DNA from: Neodothiora populina
Taxonomy: Eukaryota
Assembly: GCF_041146345.1 (NCBI RefSeq)
Contig: NW_027191415.1
Location: forward strand, 1,116,001-1,180,000
Length of the DNA: 64,000 nucleotides
Direction of reading: 5' to 3'
Shown here: positions 60,942 through 64,000 of the stretch, piece after piece
Layout of the letters: each line of letters opens with the position of its first letter
Position numbering within the stretch: position 1 is the first letter of the stretch
Made by a program: the position numbers and the translations under genes
Notes under the pieces: generated by a model
Told to the model about the DNA's origin: nothing
The model's input: the letters and a program-made list of their open reading frames with translations, nothing else
The model's database searches: none

Positions 60942-62662
60942 ATGACCTGTGATCACGAACTGGAGCTGCCTTTGATGTCCAATTTTGTCGCACTGCAAGA
61001 ACCTGTCGACATGGATCATAAGACTGGTGAAAAGGTAGAGGAGCTGTCCTGGAATGGCGACAATGATTCGCAGAACCCGATGAATTGGCCTTCTGCCAAA
61101 AAGTGGACGGTAATGCTGACGGCGACTTTCATGTGAGCTTCTTCATGGAACCACAAAGCATGCATCCGTCACTGATTAAATATGATAGTATGTTCGTGGT
61201 AGAATTGAATGCAACCTCAATCACATCTGCGGCAGTCGAAATCAACGAGATATTCTCCGTCTCGGACGACAGCTTTCCCAATAGCTACTGGCCTGTGACC
61301 TCGTGGACTTTCGCCGGCGCCATCTTTCCCATCATCCTTACTCCCATCATTGAAGATCGTGGCACGCGTCCAGGATTTCTTCTGACTTATGTTCTCTTTG
61401 CGCTTTTCGTGATTCCACAAGCAGTGGCTCACAACTTTGCTACGCTCATCGTTACACGCGCTGTAAGTGGAGCTTGTGGCGCAACGATAGCAGCGATTGT
61501 TGATGGCATTGCGGCCGATCTGTGGACGGAAGAAGGCGAGAGAGGCCGAGCAGTCACCGTGTATACCTTCGCTCTTGTGGGCGGATACACAGTAGGACCA
61601 GTCATTGGTGGAGCTGTCATCAGTGAACTTGGCTGGAGATGGATCTTCTACATCCAGCTAATCATCTACTTTTCGCTTCTGCCGCTTCTTTATCTTGTGC
61701 TTCAGGAAACAAGAAGCCCGGTCGTACTGACGGCGCTGGCACGTAAGCTACGGCAGGAACCACCTGGTCGACAGATCTACTCGCCCGCAGAATTGGCATC
61801 GACGAGTACATGGCAAGACCTGAAAGAAGGTCTGGTACGACCGACACAGCTCCTGTTCACTGAGCCTGTTCTAGCAAGCTTCACCCTCTGGTCTGCGTTC
61901 ACTCTCGGCATGATCTTTGTTTTCACGCAGTCTATCCCCCAAGTCTACACCGGATTGTATGACTGGTCGTCGTCCTCGACAGGCGTTGTTCAGATTGCAG
62001 TCTTTATCGGTCAATTCATTGGCTTTGTTGCCTGCTGGATTGCCAACGACATATACATACGCCGAAATCGCGCACCTCACAGCGATGCAAGGCTTGAGAC
62101 CCGTCTCTATCTCTCTATCCCGTCAACAATATTCGCCTTGTCCGGCGGCTTCTTTGTGTATGCATGGACCTCTTCGACTTCGTCTATTCACTGGATTCTT
62201 CCTACTCTCGGCCTCGCTCTTGTCGGCTTCGCCTCGATGGTGATTGTCACGGCTGTCGACATTTACATCACCGACTCGTACGCTAAATATGCGGGCTCAG
62301 CCATAGCGGCAGTCACATTTGGTGAAAACACGTTCAGTGCGTTCCTTCCTCTTGCGACACAGAGCATGTATTCCACGCTAGGCTTTCCATGGGCGAGCAG
62401 TCTGCTGGGGTTCGTTGGGCTGGCACTGGTGGTGGCGCCTATTGTTCTTGTCTGGAAAGGAGAGGCAGTCAGAGGGAGGAGTCGATTCATGAGTACTGGT
62501 CAATTGCTAGGGAGCAAAGCCGAAGAAGACGGCATGGACAGAGACGCACCATCACGTCCAAACCTGGCTCCTGTCGCTCAGAGGAAGAGCAACGAGACAG
62601 ACGATGCGAGTGTGTCTTCGTCGCGGACGTTGGTAGGTAACACGGCGATGGCTACAGTATAG
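60942..62662 (+). CDS. MFS drug:H+ antiporter (DHA1-like); intron 61133-61188; start uncertain
   Basis: WNGDNDSQNPMNWPSAKKW, GPVIGG..GWRWIF, ETR, RPTQLLFTEP, YITDSYAKYAGSAIAA. Confidence 0.92.
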
Positions 62663-62846
62663 AGCACACAATCTTACAATTTTCATCTTCAATCATTAAC
62701 GAAGTTCTCTGAAGTGATGTTACAGAGACGCGACACCCCCTACCTTTGACTAATGCGTTACTGCCTCCCGAGGCTCGACAATCGCTCGACTTGCGCATGC
62801 ACACACCCAGACTCACCTACCGATCAGGTCCCTCGTTTAGTACGCT

Positions 62847-62965
62847 AAGGGCCTCGTTATTGGGCAATGACTCCTAAATGAATAATCCATGAGTCCCTGA
62901 TGAATGGTAGATGAGTCCCTGGTAAATAGTCCATGAGTCCCTGATGAAGAGTCGATGACTTCTTA
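62847..62965 (+). repeat. 22-bp-period array, forward (best conserved copy)
   Basis: Units start at 62867, 62889, 62911, 62933, 62955; ATGAGTCCCTG occurs three times; upstream AAGGGCCTC at 62847. Confidence 0.95.
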
Positions 62966-63041
62966 AAGGCACGCAGCTGGACTTTGCCGTATCTCAAGAA
63001 TTTGCTACCACGAAACATGACTGTGACATCTCCAGAGGTCC

Positions 63042-63498
63042 TTAACGATGGGCCGCTAGTGCCTGGAGTCTTGCCATCTCGGTGCTGGTGCCCTGCTTTT
63101 CCAGTGTTTCAGCGAGGTCAGCGTTTGTGTTGGCCAGCGCGTCGATGGTCCCATCTCTGGTCCAGACAGTGTCATGGGATTGCTGCAAACCCGCCTGCAA
63201 CTGGGCATTCAAGTTCCCCTGTGCGTCGACTGCCTCTTGGGCATCGCGGCGAGCTCTCTCCACCTGCGCGTCATTGTCCGTCTTTGCTTGTGACAAGCTG
63301 CAAGCCTCTTATTGTGGCGTTGGCATCGGCGAGCTTTGTCCGCAGCTGACGGTTGGCATGCTCAATCGTTCTAGCCGACTCCGCAGCTCTGACAGCAACT
63401 TCGTACTCCCTACGTCTAGGTATCATCTGTCCATCGATCCACTGATCGGCAGCTGGTGGAGGGCGTGCGCTGCGAGAAGCTTGAGGTCAAGATGCCAT
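63042..63498 (-). pseudogene. Orphan coiled-coil pseudogene between two arrays
   Basis: ATG GCA TCT TGA (stop at codon 4), then coiled-coil-like sequence with a frameshift near 63300 into ORF 63042..63296. Confidence 0.5.
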
Positions 63499-63663
63499 TG
63501 TGTTGTGATCAAAAGCACGAATCACTGATCAAAGAATTCAAGGTAACGTGATTGATATATCTTTATGGTGATCTTGAGGTCTTTGAAAGCAAAGTTTTTG
63601 AAAGCGAGGAAAGAAAAGCGTGATCAAAAGATATTATAGCCGAGTTCACAGCCTCAAGTGCAG

Positions 63664-63772
63664 CATAGTCGACGAGTCCCTGCTGATAAGTCAATGAGTC
63701 TACTGGCATAAATGGCCAATGACTACTATATGACTACCGGGTCAATAGTCAATCACTAAAGTCGAGCTCCTT
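63664..63772 (+). repeat. 22-bp-period array, forward, degenerate
   Basis: Units start at 63672, 63694, 63719, 63730, 63752; GAGCTCCTT at 63764-63772. Confidence 0.8.
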
Positions 63773-64000
63773 CAATACATTACAGTGCTATTGAGAAGAC
63801 TGGATCAAGAATGTGAACCTAGTGATAGCGTCGAGATGCAGGAATAATCTGTACCTTGATTGTAGCTACTCGATATGGCTCAGGCATAATCAATGCCGTC
63901 GCAGCGACATTCTGTCAAGCATGCGTAGCCGCAGACCGCAAGGTCCGAAAACGAAAGGTTCACATCTTTGGCGTCGACATCATCATTCCATCAAGAATGT

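Noticed and set aside
62867..62965. 22-bp arrays as a CRISPR array
   Set aside because: Units abut without unique spacers, no cas genes are present, and the context is eukaryotic.

Overview
Eukaryotic DNA from a filamentous ascomycete, judged from intron-containing genes (mostly 44-65 nt GT..AG introns with CTRAY branch points) and a Pezizomycotina-type gene set. The species cannot be named from this window. Intact genes: VPS39/VAM6, GEP3, SDH8, a Pth11-like membrane protein, RFC5, a BLOS1-like gene, a tetraspanin, a 1340-aa secreted repeat protein, a HAUS4-like gene, BDF1, UTP5, a prodomain-less metacaspase, an SDR, a divergent sulfonate permease/TauD pair, a small secreted protein and a DHA1 MFS. 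They alternate with islands of decaying orphan genes (3.4-10.1, 13.2-19.2, 48.8-51.8, 58-59.4, 63.0-63.6 kb) holding a frameshifted SNF2 helicase, a tandem retropepsin ORF and related coiled-coil pseudogenes. The most striking unexplained signal is a dispersed non-coding repeat family: nine arrays of a degenerate but tightly phased 22-bp unit (consensus ~ATGAGTCCCTG-ATGAATAGTCR, 11-bp sub-period) plus two related arrays, one with a clear 33-bp period. They occur in both orientations, and six end in TA-NN-RAGR..CTC, resembling a Tc1/mariner terminus. One inverted pair (22419-23679) looks like a complete non-autonomous element. No transposase, rRNA, tRNA or CRISPR array was found. All alignments and exon boundaries were made by eye.
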